DNA of 64,000 bases from Eledone cirrhosa. Taxonomy: Eukaryota. Every line of letters begins with the position of its first letter. Position 1 is the stretch's first letter. Under the pieces are notes generated by a model that saw only the letters and a list, made by a program, of their open reading frames with translations, was not told the DNA's origin and did not search any database. Below are positions 43,401 through 56,852 of this stretch, one piece after another. Both the position numbers and the translations under genes were made by a program. Location: positions 235,166,001 to 235,230,000 of the forward strand of contig OZ024740.1 in the NCBI GenBank assembly GCA_964016885.1, read 5' to 3'.

Positions 43401-46400
43401 TAATGTTGTCTCATCTCCCCATTTACACCTCACATACAGCTAATGTTGTCTCATCCCACCATTTACACCTCACATGCAGCTAATGTTGTCTCATCTCCCC
43501 ATTTACACCTCACATACAGCTAATGTTGTCTCATCCCACCATTTACACCTCACATACAGCTAATGTTGTCCAATCCCACCATTTACACCTCACATACAGC
43601 TAATGTTGTCCTATCCCACCATTTACACCTCACATACAGCTAATGTTGTCCTATCCCACCATTTACACCTCACATACAGCTAATGTTGTCTCATCTCCCC
43701 ATTTACACCTCACATACAGCTAATGTTGTCCTATCCCACCATTTACACCTCACATACAGCTAATGTTGTCCTATCCCACCATTTACACCTCACATACAGC
43801 TAATGTTGTCTCATCTCCCCATTTACACCTCACATGCAGCTAATGTTGTCTCATCTCCCCATTTACACCTCACATACAGCTAATGTTGTCTCATCCCACC
43901 ATTTACACCTCACATACAGCTAATGTTGTCCAATCCCACCATTTACACCTCACATACAGCTAATGTTGTCCAATCCCACCATTTACACCTCCCATACAGC
44001 TAATGTTGTCCAATCCCACCATTTACACCTCACATACAGCTAATGTTGTCTCATCTCCCCATTTACACCTCACATACAGCTAATGTTGTCCCATCCCACC
44101 ATTTACACCTCACATGCAGCTAATGTTGTCTCATCTCCCCATTTACACCTCACATACAGCTAATGTTGTCTCATCCCACCATTTACACCTCACATGCAGC
44201 TAATGTTGTCTCATCTCCCCATTTACACCTCACATACAGCTAATGTTGTCTCATCCCACCATTTACACCTCACATACAGCTAATGTTGTCTCATCTCCCC
44301 ATTTACACCTCACATACAGCTAATGTTGTCCAATCCCACCATTTACACCTCCCATACAGCTAATGTTGTCCAATCCCACCATTTACACCTCACATACAGC
44401 TAATGTTGTCTCATCTCCCCATTTACACCTCCCATACAGCTAATGTTGTCCAATCCCACCATTTACACCTCACATACAGCTAATGTTGTCCAATCCCACC
44501 ATTTACACCTCCCATACAGCTAATGTTGTCCAATCCCACCATTTACACCTCACATACAGCTAATGTTGTCTCATCTCCCCATTTACACCTCACATACAGC
44601 TAATGTTGTCCCATCCCACCATTTACACCTCACGTACAGCTAATGTTGTCCAATCCCACCATTTATACCTCACATACAGCTAATGTTGTCCAATCCCACC
44701 ATTTACACCTCCCATACAGCTAATGTTGTCCCATCCCACCATTTACACCTCACATACAGCTAATGTTGTCTCATCTCCCCATTTACACCTCACATACAGC
44801 TAATGTTGTCCCATCCCACCATTTACACCTCACATGCAGCTAATGTTGTCCTATCCCACCATTTATACCTCACATGCAGCTAATGTTGTCCAATCCCACC
44901 ATTTACACCTCACATACAGCTAATGTTGTCCCATCCCACCATTTATACCTCACATGCAGCTAATGTTGTCCAATCCCACCATTTACACCTCACATGCAGC
45001 TAATGTTGTCCCATCTCCCCATTTACACCTCACATACAGCTAATGTTGTCCTATCCCACCATTTACACCTCACATGCAGCTAATGTTGTCCCATCCCACC
45101 ATTTACACCTCACATACAGCTAATGTTGTCTCATCTCCCCATTTACACCTCACATGCAGCTAATGTTGTCCCATCCCACCATTTACACCTCACATGCAGC
45201 TAATGTTGTCCCATCCCACCATTTACACCTCACATGCAGCTAATGTTGTCCCATCCCACCATTTACACCTCACATACAGCTAATGTTGTCCTATCCCACC
45301 ATTTATACCTCACATACAGCTAATGTTGTCCAATCCCACCATTTACACCTCACATGCAGCTAATGTTGTCCCATCCCACCATTTACACCTCACATGCAGC
45401 TAATGTTGTCCAATCCCACCATTTACACCTCACATGCAGCTAATGTTGTCCCATCCCACCATTTACACCTCACATGCAGCTAATGTTGTCCAATCCCACC
45501 ATTTACACCTCACATGCAGCTAATGTTGTCCCATCCCACCATTTACACCTCACATGCAGCTAATGTTGTCTCATCTCCCCATTTACACCTCACATGCAGC
45601 TAATGTTGTCCAATCCCACCATTTACACCTCACATGCAGCTAATGTTGTCCTATCCCACCATTTACACCTCACATGCAGCTAATGTTGTCCTATCCCACC
45701 ATTTACACCTCACATGCAGCTAATGTTGTCCCATCCCACCATTTACACCTCACATACAGCTAATGTTGTCCAATCCCACCATTTACACCTCACATGCAGC
45801 TAATGTTGTCCCATCCCACCATTTACACCTCACATGCAGCTAATGTTGTCCCATCCCACCATTTACACCTCACATACAGCTAATGTTGTCCCATCCCACC
45901 ATTTATACCTCACATACAGCTAATGTTGTCCAATCCCACCATTTATACCTCACATGCAGCTAATGTTGTCTCATCTCCCCATTTACACCTCACATACAGC
46001 TAATGTTGTCCAATCCCACCATTTACACCTCACATGCAGCTAATGTTGTCCCATCCCACCATTTACACCTCACATACAGCTAATGTTGTCTCATCTCCCC
46101 ATTTACACCTCACATACAGCTAATGTTGTCCAATCCCACCATTTACACCTCACATACAGCTAATGTTGTCCCATCCCACCATTTACACCTCACATGCAGC
46201 TAATGTTGTCCTATCCCACCATTTACACCTCACATGCAGCTAATGTTGTCCCATCCCACCATTTACACCTCACATGCAGCTAATGTTGTCCCATCCCACC
46301 ATTTACACCTCACATGCAGCTAATGTTGTCCAATCCCACCATTTACACCTCACATACAGCTAATGTTGTCCCATCTCCCCATTTACACCTCCCATACAGC

Positions 46401-49400
46401 TAATGTTGTCCCATCCCACCATTTACACCTCACATGCAGCTAATGTTGTCTCATCTCCCCATTTACACCTCACATGCAGCTAATGTTGTCCAATCCCACC
46501 ATTTACACCTCACATGCAGCTAATGTTGTCCCATCCCACCATTTACACCTCACATGCAGCTAATGTTGTCCCATCCCACCATTTACACCTCACATACAGC
46601 TAATGTTGTCCCATCTTACCATTTACACCTCACATACAGCTAATGTTGTCCCATCTTACCATTTACACCTCACATACAGCTAATGTTGTCCCATCCCACC
46701 ATTTACACCTCACATGCAGCTAATGTTGTCCAATCCCACCATTTACACCTCCCATACAGCTAATGTTGTCCCATCCCACCATTTACACCTCACATACAGC
46801 TAATGTTGTCCCATCCCACCATTTACACCTCACATGCAGCTAATGTTGTCCCATCCCACCATTTACACCTCCCATACAGCTAATGTTGTCCCATCTTACC
46901 ATTTACACCTCCCATACAGCTAATGTTGTCCCATCCCACCATTTACACCTCACATACAGCTAATGTTGTCCAATCCCACCATTTACACCTCACATACAGC
47001 TAATGTTGTCCCATCTTACCATTTACACCTCCCATACAGCTAATGTTGTCCAATCCCACCATTTACACCTCACATACAGCTAATGTTGTCCCATCCCACC
47101 ATTTACACCTCACATGCAGCTAATGTTGTCCCATCCCACCATTTACACCTCACATACAGCTAATGTTGTCTCATCCCACCATTTACACCTCCCATACAGC
47201 TAATGTTGTCTCATCTCCCCATTTACACCTCACATGCAGCTAATGTTGTCCAATCCCACCATTTACACCTCACATACAGCTAATGTTGTCCCATCCCACC
47301 ATTTACACCTCACATACAGCTAATGTTGTCCCATCCCACCATTTACACCTCACATACAGCTAATGTTGTCCAATCCCACCATTTACACCTCACATGCAGC
47401 TAATGTTGTCTCATCTCCCCATTTACACCTCACATGCAGCTAATGTTGTCCCATCCCACCATTTACACCTCACATACAGCTAATGTTGTCTCATCCCACC
47501 ATTTACACCTCCCATACAGCTAATGTTGTCTCATCTCCCCATTTACACCTCACATGCAGCTAATGTTGTCCAATCCCACCATTTACACCTCACATACAGC
47601 TAATGTTGTCCCATCCCACCATTTACACCTCACATACAGCTAATGTTGTCCCATCCCACCATTTACACCTCATATACAGCTAATGTTGTCCAATCCCACC
47701 ATTTACACCTCACATACAGCTAATGTTGTCCCATCCCACCATTTACACCTCACATACAGCTAATGTTGTCCCATCCCACCATTTACACCTCACATGCAGC
47801 TAATGTTGTCTCATCCCACCATTTACACCTCACATACAGCTAATGTTGTCCCATCCCACCATTTACACCTCACATGCAGCTAATGTTGTCCCATCCCACC
47901 ATTTACACCTCACATGCAGCTAATGTTGTCTCATCCCACCATTTACACCTCATATACAGCTAATGTTGTCCCATCCCACCATTTACACCTCACATGCAGC
48001 TAATGTTGTCCCATCCCACCATTTACACCTCACATGCAGCTAATGTTGTCTCATCCCACCATTTACACCTCACATACAGCTAATGTTGTCCCATCCCACC
48101 ATTTACACCTCACATGCAGCTAATGTTGTCCCATCCCACCATTTACACCTCACATGCAGCTAATGTTGTCCCATCCCACCATTTACACCTCATATACAGC
48201 TAATGTTGTCCAATCCCACCATTTACACCTCACATACAGCTAATGTTGTCCCATCCCACCATTTACACCTCCCATACAGCTAATGTTGTCCAATCCCACC
48301 ATTTACACCTCACGTACAGCTAATGTTGTCCAATCCCACCATTTACACCTCACATGCAGCTAATGTTGTCCCATCCCACCATTTACACCTCACATGCAGC
48401 TAATGTTGTCCCATCCCACCATTTACACCTCATATACAGCTAATGTTGTCTCATCTCCCCATTTACACCTCACATGCAGCTAATGTTGTCCAATCCCACC
48501 ATTTACACCTCACATGCAGCTAATGTTGTCCCATCCCACCATTTACACCTCACATGCAGCTAATGTTGTCTCATCCCACCATTTACACCTCACGTACAGC
48601 TAATGTTGTCCAATCCCACCATTTACACCTCACATGCAGCTAATGTTGTCCCATCCCACCATTTACACCTCACATGCAGCTAATGTTGTCCAATCCCACC
48701 ATTTACACCTCACATACAGCTAATGTTGTCCCATCCCACCATTTACACCTCACATGCAGCTAATGTTGTCCAATCCCACCATTTACACCTCACATACAGC
48801 TAATGTTGTCCAATCCCACCATTTACACCTCACATACAGCTAATGTTGTCCAATCCCACCATTTACACCTCCCATACAGCTAATGTTGTCCCATCCCACC
48901 ATTTACACCTCACATGCAGCTAATGTTGTCTCATCTCCCCATTTATACCTCATATACAGCTAATGTTGTCCTATCCCACCATTTATACCTCACATACAGC
49001 TAATGTTGTCCCATCCCACCATTTACACCTCACATGCAGCTAATGTTGTCCAATCCCACCATTTACACCTCCCATACAGCTAATGTTGTCCCATCTTACC
49101 ATTTACACCTCCCATACAGCTAATGTTGTCCCATCTTACCATTTACACCTCCCATACAGCTAATGTTGTCCCATCCCACCATTTACACCTCACATACAGC
49201 TAATGTTGTCCCATCCCACCATTTACACCTCCCATACAGCTAATGTTGTCCCATCTTACCATTTACACCTCCCATACAGCTAATGTTGTCCCATCCCACC
49301 ATTTACACCTCCCATACAGCTAATGTTGTCCCATCCCACCATTTACACCTCACATACAGCTAATGTTGTCCCATCCCACCATTTACACCTCACATACAGC

Positions 49401-49730
49401 TAATGTTGTCCCATCTTACCATTTACACCTCCCATACAGCTAATGTCTCATCTTACCATCTACAACTCACATACAGCTGTTGTCCCATCTTACCATTTAC
49501 ACCTCCTATACAGCTAATGTCTCATCTTATCATCTACAACTCACATACAGCTGTTGTCCCATCTTCCCATTTTCACATCACATACAGCTAATGTTGTCCC
49601 ATCTTACCATTTACAACACCCATACAGCTGCTGTCCCATCTTCCCATTTTCACATCACATACAGCTAATGTTGTCCCATCTTACCATTTACAACACCCAT
49701 ACAGCTGCTGTCCCATCTTCCCATCTACAC
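34410..49730. repeat. ~15-kb 40-bp minisatellite (TAATGTTGTCCMATCCCACCATTTACACCTCMCATRCAGC) in PDHB intron 3; 374 in-register units from 34481 to 49440 with degenerate ends
   Basis: Unbroken 40-bp register over 14960 nt; substitutions confined to a few positions. Confidence 0.99.
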
Positions 49731-49763
49731 ATCTGAAGAACACAGAAACAGGAGAATACTTAC

Positions 49764-49871
49764 TTTATATGCACCGTCATACATGGCAACTTCTTCTCCC
49801 ATTAAGAAGACTTTATCATCTCGATTAATTTCTTCATCCAGTGCCATGTTTAATGCATCTCTGACAGCCAT
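49764..49871 (-). CDS. PDHB: PDHB exon 3
   Basis: tttcag|[36 protein letters not shown]|gtaagt; 108 nt. Confidence 0.97.
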
Positions 49872-50649
49872 CTGAAATTACATAAGCAGTAAAGGAATGG
49901 TAAATCAAAGCAATGGTGATTTGGTCGGGTAACTTATTTGTTGTTGTTTAACCCTGGCTAAGTCCCTATTGAGCACATTTATGAGGTATTTCAGCTGTGA
50001 CTATCCTATCTTTTTGAATATCACAAACTTCAATGCACAATATATCCTTTATATAAGGCAATAGAGCATAATTTGATGGGATTTGGGATAATCTTCAATT
50101 AGGATGAACTCCCATGTAGAGTAAAAGTGGGAATCTTTTTATTACCAAGAGTGAATTGCAAATGTATAAACACCCATGGAGGGCAAATGTACCTCTTAAA
50201 ATAAGAATCTTACAAATTCAACCAAGTTCCCATAACTGAAGCAGCCTTGTCATTGGGGTGCCACTCTAGATGTTTGATGGTGTGTTCACAATGGCATTTC
50301 AATGGGTTTTAGAAATGATTGACAATTCCCATCAGAAGAGCAGAACTGTTATTACATTTCCTTCTCTCACATATTCAACAGACAGTAAAAGATTGGGGTC
50401 TCTTTTTAGATCTAGAATAGACTTCAATTCTGAACATCTGTCCAATATATGTCTAAATTATTTTAGATGTTGTATTATCTATCATTATGCTTCTTACATG
50501 TGTCTGGATGTTATAATTTTCACAACCTTAACTAAGGAATGGGATTGAAGACATAATCAAATCTTTAGCATAGAGAAACAGGTTCAAATGCTATAAAGAT
50601 TTAATGCATTTATATTAGCCCCAGTTATTATTAATATTATTATTAACAA

Positions 50650-51230
50650 GCGTGGATTGGCAGTATCGGTAGAGGGTCGGACACCATGCTTTGAAGCATA
50701 GAGTTACCTCCCTGTATGATTTGAGTTCAAATCCTGCAGAGGTTAACTTTGCCTTTCATCCTTACGGGGTTGATAAAATAAAGTACCAGTAATGCACTCG
50801 GTAATTGCTGGCCTTGTGTCAAAAGTAGAAACAATTATTAACACCAGTGTTAATATTATTAACAAAGTAGAAACAATTATTATTAACACCAGACAAAATG
50901 CCACAGAATTTAGTTACATTGCTTTACATTTTGAGTTCAAATCCCACTAAGGTCAACTTTGTCTTTCATCCTTCCAGGATCAATAAAATTAAGGACCAGT
51001 TGATTTAATTGTCTACCCTATCACCACAAAATTTCTGGCCTTGTGCCTACATCAGAAACAAGTATTTTTTATTATTACATTTAGTAGTGGCAGTAGATTG
51101 ATAATCTATAGGGTTCCAAAACAAAGAAGAAATTCATAAAATTCCTTAAGGTATTTAGTTATGGTCCTTTTAAGTTTTGAGTTCTAATCCGGTCTTCGTT
51201 TTTCATCTTTCCAAGATAATAAAATAACAC
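50650..51230 (+). mobile_element. Three Nin-type SINE copies (young 50650-50840; older ~50890-51070 and ~51085-51230)
   Basis: B box GAGTTCAAATCC, SINE core and tail as in the 15876-17078 cluster. Confidence 0.85.
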
Positions 51231-51463
51231 CTTAAAAGAACTGTCCTAGATGTACAAAAAAAGACAGGATGATCATGAATGGAATGCTTCTGACCATAAT
51301 TCAGCTTAATCAGGCTGGTTTGTGGTTAAACAACCAGATAAGAAATGGAGACTAAACTGTTTGAAATATTTCATAACAAAACCCCCAAAAGGATGCTATT
51401 ACTAATAAACAAGTAAATATTTTCATTAGTACTACTTATGATTTTCAACACGATAATAATAGT

Positions 51464-51885
51464 AATAATTGTTTCTACTTTTGGAACAAGGCCAGCAATT
51501 ATCCCAGTGTATTACTGGTACTTTATTTTATCGACCCTGTAAGGATGAAAGGCAAAGTTAACCGCGACAGGATTTGAACTCAGATCATAAAGGGAGGTAA
51601 CTCTATGCTACAAAGCATGGCGTCTGACCCTCTACCTATACTGCCAATCCACCGCCCTAATAATAATAATGGTTTCTAATATAGGCACAAGGTCAGCAAT
51701 TTGTGGGGAGGAGAAAGCCGATTATATCAACCCCAATACTTTAATGGTAATTTATCTTATTAACTCTAGAAGGTTGAAGGGCAAAGTTCACTTCAGCAGG
51801 ATTTGGACTCAGAACGTAAAGAGCTGGATGAAATACTGTAAACCAATTTATCCAATGCTCTAATAACTCTGCCAATTCACCTATG
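51464..51885 (-). mobile_element. Two Nin-type SINE copies (young 51464-51656; older ~51670-51885)
   Basis: Reverse complement of the full SINE, 5' end GGCGGTGGATTGGCAGTAT at 51656. Confidence 0.87.
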
Positions 51886-52087
51886 TATTAATAGTAATAG
51901 AAATGATTTGGTATAGTTTTGTAGGTCGTATTCAATGATTTCATAAAATAAATCAAATATCTAACTAAATTGGTAGAGCATATCTTTATTTTGTTAATGT
52001 GTTTATTAAAGCACGGTTGTTGGGTTATATAAAGAGGCAACAGATAAACCTACACAATATTTAGCAACCATAAAGTTGTATTAGTTT

Positions 52088-52300
52088 AGTTGACAGCTAT
52101 AGACCATGTCCCATCCAGTTGACAGCTACAGACCATGTCCTATCCAGTTGACAGCTACAGACCATGTCCTATCCAGTTGACAGCTGCAGACTATGTCCCA
52201 TCCAGTTGACAGCTACAGATCATGTCCCATCAAGTTGATAGCAAGGGACTGTGTCCCATCAAGCTGATAGCTAGACTGTGTCCTTTAAGTCTATAGCTAC
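52088..52300. repeat. 29-bp minisatellite (AGTTGACAGCTACAGACCATGTCCCATCC), ~7 units
   Basis: Direct periodicity 52088 to 52117 and onward, decaying rightwards. Confidence 0.9.
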
Positions 52301-52392
52301 AAATCATTTCCATCAAGTAAACAATTACAGCTACAGATCATATCTCGCTATTGAACAAGATTTTTTAATAATATTTTCTGGTTGCCAGAAAT

Positions 52393-52590
52393 AATGGTTT
52401 CTGATTTAGGCATAAAGCTACCAATTTTGAAGAAGGGGAAAATTGATTAAATCGACCCCAGTGCATTACTGGTACTTTATTTTATCGACCCCATAAAGAT
52501 AAAAGGCAAAGCTAACCTTGTTTGGATTTCAACGCAGAATGTAACTATATGCTGTAAAGTATATTGTCTACCGATACTATCAATCCACTG
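52393..52590 (-). mobile_element. Nin-type SINE copy
   Basis: CCCAGTGCATTACTGGTACTTTATTTTATCGACCCC core, reverse orientation. Confidence 0.85.
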
Positions 52591-52812
52591 TTTTCTTTTC
52601 CAGAGATAATTTAAGCAAAAATAGGTTGATATTTTTAATAAACCATGCTTTTTTTAGCTACATTAAAAGTACATAAACTAGGGTTGCACCAATTGATTGG
52701 AAGATAATTAGTATCAGCAATACTGCCCAATTTATTGGTATTGTATTTTCTTTTTTAATCAGTTTTGATAATCAGTCAGTCTTTTTTTTAATTATCTTTA
52801 ATTGACATGCAT

Positions 52813-52998
52813 GTGGATTGGCAGTATCGGTAGAGGGTCGGACGCCATGCTTTCCAGCATAGTTACGTCCCTTTACGATCTGAGTTCAAATCCCGCCGAG
52901 GTTGACTTTGCCTTTCATCCTTACGGGGTCGATAAAATAAAGTACCAGTAATGCACTGGGTAATTGCTGGCCTTGTGCCTAAAGTAGAAACAATTATT
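52813..52998 (+). mobile_element. Young, near-consensus Nin-type SINE copy
   Basis: GTGGATTGGCAGTATCGGTAGAG..GAGTTCAAATCCCGCCGAGG..GGGGTCGATAAAATAAAGTACCAG..AAAGTAGAAACAATTATT; CpGs intact. Confidence 0.9.
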
Positions 52999-53111
52999 TA
53001 CTAGGATACACAATTTATGCCTACTAGTGTAATCTAACTGTTCCTAGTGCTTGAATGTGTTGATTTCGAACAGACAAAAGAGAAGTAAATAGACCTGAAT
53101 GAAGAGGGTAT

Positions 53112-53352
53112 ATCATCATCACCACCACCACCATTTTACGTCCATTTTTCCACGCTAACATAGGTTGTGGGAAATGCTAGGTCAGGTGACCATGTCTTGC
53201 TCATACAGAACTGATTTTAGCTTGGTTTCTACAGCTGGATGCCCTTGCTAAAACCAACCGCATTTACAGTGAGTACTGGGTGCTTTTTGTTGTGACACCT
53301 ACACGACCACTTTACAGTGTGGACTGGGTGCCTTTTGTCGTGACACCTACAT
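53112..53352 (-). mobile_element. RTE-tailed SINE-like repeat with internal ~54-bp duplication; related copies at 60550-60805 (-) and 58900-59070 (+)
   Basis: Shared CATTTTACGTCCATT..CCACGCTA.CAT.GGTT tail, GGATGCCCTT and CTGGGTGCTTTTTGTCGTGAC motifs. Confidence 0.75.
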
Positions 53353-53439
53353 GGTATACAGTTAGTTAATTCAGAGAGTAGAGAACCTTGAGAGAGAGAG
53401 AGAGAGAAAAACAGCACATCTGTGAACTAGTGATTCTGA

Positions 53440-54560
53440 TAGTGAACTTTCAAATTTATAAAAGTTAAACTACACTTGACTTTCGAGTACTTTCACCTTC
53501 ATCTACAGAAAACATTTGGTGTGATATTTCCATGAGACATGAACAACCCGTCATTCAGGTTCAACATCAACAATCTGTTTTTTCAGCATGACACTGACTA
53601 TCTCATCCTGGAATTTCCACTAGAGAAAAAGTGATTTTTGCTCATTTTGTTTTGTCAAATATGAAATCTGATAATCATGATTGTATTCAAAACTGTCTTG
53701 CTTGTCAAAAATCCAAAGATAATAAGCATTTAAAAGACACCCCTTGGAACTTTTGCCATTCCAGACACTCACTTTCAACACATACATATATAACATATCC
53801 ACATTGTTAGGGCCTTGCTGTCTGCATAAGAATTCATGTTTTGGTTTACATGTATTGATTGCTTTTAATATGACCTGAAGCTATTCAATTGAAGAAAATT
53901 GCTGAAAATGTAGCTAAAGCATTAATTTTTGGCTGGATCTCACATTTTGAAACCCCATCTACAATAATGAATAGAGGACAACAGTTTGAATCAAACTTTT
54001 TTTGTGAAGTTTATTTGCATGCTTGTTATTCAAAGAATTCACACAACAGCTTATCACCATGTATCTAATCATATAATCAAATGATTTCAATGTCAACTAC
54101 AATCAGCATTTACATTATACTAAATAGCGACAAGTGGTTGGAAATTTTGCTAATCACTCTATTGAGAATTGGTTCAGCTATAAAAAGAAATTTTGGTTTT
54201 GCACCAGTTGAATTACCCTATGGCAGTTCACTAACACTACTAGGACAGATGATCAATAATGACCTTTCAACAGCAGAGGACCTAACTAATTATGTGCATG
54301 ACTGCACATGTTCCAGTTTCCGAATTTAGCTCCCCGTCAACAGACTATCTCAATAGTTCTTATGCAGACTATTTTAATTCATCGTATGGATTTATTTGTT
54401 GCTTCTGCATGCTGAAACTTCTACAAACTCCATATAAAGACCTTATTTTCTGTGATAAAAAGTCCAACCAAAACACTTTTTAATTGATGTTAACAGGCAT
54501 AAAGAAAATACAAATATTGATCAATTGAAAAAAAATTCTACATTGGTAATTCGTTTTTGG
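53440..54560 (+). mobile_element. Highly decayed Gypsy (Ty3) LTR-retrotransposon integrase relic
   Basis: Frameshifted motifs in order: IWCDIS, LSHPGI, NCLACQKSK, PDTHFQHIHI, PEAI..AENVAKALIFGWISHF, NRGQQFES, TTAYH, WLEILLITLL.IG..ELPYGSSLTLLG, LQTPYKD..NIDQLK; no LTR identified. Confidence 0.8.
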
Positions 54561-55079
54561 ACCCATTAAAAAAATATGATATAACTAAACCTTCTGCCTC
54601 AACACCTTGCAGCAATTGAGTAGATTAGAAATACTATGGCATCTAAAAGCAGTAAAAGAGTTCGTCAACAAAATATTTTCATATATTATACATTTGAACT
54701 ACATTTTATAGACTTTTTTTTTTGCAAAACACTAAACATAAAACACTTCAATTACATATTCAAGTATTTCACGAGTACTCTACAAGAAATATGAGACCCA
54801 TTACTACATTTGCAATGTATATTTGCTTTGCCTTGCTGTGTATATTTTTCTTTCATTCTTTGACATGTTATATTACATAACTTGATTGTTTATTATGCTT
54901 ACTTATCATTTTGCCTTCACATTTTTTAACAATTACATTACTAATATATGCATGCTTACACACACATATATACACATACATATCATATTACACACATGCA
55001 TGAATATACAACCTGTAATGCGTATAAGCTATTGCTATTGAAATTTGTCTTACTATTAAGGCCCTATTAACCAGGCATC

Positions 55080-56300
55080 TCTTTAAACAACATAGAATAT
55101 ATTTTTGTCTTCATTTTGAGAAAATCTACACTTTATATAGGAAAAGAGTATTGCAGAATAGACTCCCCCTACTTTTGGACATACTAGGGAAGTGGATATG
55201 CTTTTTTCCATTCAACAATGACCTGTCAACATTCATATCAACATTTTACACCCAACCCCATTTTCATCCATAGAACTTTCTAGAACGTTTCGGTCATATG
55301 ACAATATAAAACTAGATGAAAATTTCAACTCCTTGAAGAATCTCCAAAGTTCTTTGTATTGGATTTGTGTGCTACACAGGGTATTCAAGCTAGACACTTC
55401 TCATGTCTTCTCTCTATGATATGATGTGTTTACATTTTCTTTAGATACAAGAGAATTATGCATTTACAAAGTATTTATCATTTAACCTCGTATTCATTAA
55501 TACTCACAAAATTAAATAGCACACACATTACATTTTTTCTTAATTGTAATTAATGTCTGATTAAGTTGAATTTAAGATACTATAATTTTACACAGTCTTC
55601 ATTGCTTGTTTTTAATAGACTGTCTTTTAGCCTTCTAATTTCCTCAAATTTAAGTTTTCTCTTGCATGTATTCACTACAATGGTTTCAATATGTGACTAG
55701 AGCAGGTGATGCTGGAGTGCAAAGAAGATTCTTTATCATCTGGAGATTTAAATTATGTTAGTAGGGTTTCCTGTCCATTTCTGATATTATAGACACTGTG
55801 GGTGATAACTCTACAACCTTCTCACAACATAGCCAATTCAAAGAGAGTCGGAGAAAAGAAAAAAAAAATTAGCTTAGTACTTTAATGACTTCATCTGACA
55901 GGGTGTGATTGATGAAGCAGGTGGTTGTTTAAAACTGTTTCCATCATTTTTTATACATTGAAAGTGGGTGATAGTTGGCAAGGCCACAGAAGATGACCTT
56001 TCTTGAGGATGCTACACACTGTTGCTGGTTTCCAAAAATAGGGGTAGTTTTCTTGTAGAGAAAGAGAGATTGGAATGTTTAGTATGAATAATATCTAGCA
56101 CTATATGAGAGTGACTGAAAGGTAATGGTCAAAACTGGTAGCTATTTGGGGGTTTAGAGTAATCAGAAAAGTTTTCACCGGTGGAAACTGTAAAGTTAGC
56201 AGACATTATATAAGCACCAACAAAATATTTATCTATCCAGTCGACTGCCACAATCGGAGCTTATCTATCTAGTGCAATTACAATGTCTATTCAAAACACA
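55080..56300 (-). mobile_element. Very old CR1/L2-like LINE RT remnant
   Basis: Reverse strand reads YPYFWKPATVCSILKKG..ANYHPLS..METVLNNHL; boundaries uncertain. Confidence 0.45.
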
Positions 56301-56852
56301 TCTGCATCTAATTATTTTACAAAAAATAAAATAAAAATTTACCATCAACCAGTAATTATTATATTCATGTAACTTTTTTGTTTTTTACATACAATGAGTG
56401 GGAAAACGAAACCCAATGAAACAAGAATATTATGAGAACAATAGTAGTAGTAACAATAGTAATCGTAACAATACCTGTTGTTTATCACCAGGCCAAAAGA
56501 ATACTATATAAATCGTTATTTAAGATAGGATTAGTTTTGAGACAGGTTTTGCAGTTATTTCGAACATTTAATGTTGTTTCACAAGACGAAGATTTGAACT
56601 AGGAAAAAAATTCTGTTGCGACCTTGAGATACCGAAATTGTTTCATAACAGTGAAACTAGCTATCATTTATGAAATAAATGATATGAAATTATCGTAAAG
56701 ATTAAAACTAGAGCAGATTTGTTTTTTAATTAATATACTAGGCTTAATGTATTTTATATTGATTTATTTTCATAATACATTATTACTCCGTAACCTTTAA
56801 GTGTTTTCTCAAGAGAAAATGTCTATGATATTGAATAATTATGAAATTTAAA

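Noticed and set aside
49733-49750. CTGAAGA...GAAAC as a minimal hammerhead ribozyme (also a weaker match on - at ~59100-59145)
   Set aside because: Required stems I-III and the cleavage triplet cannot be paired
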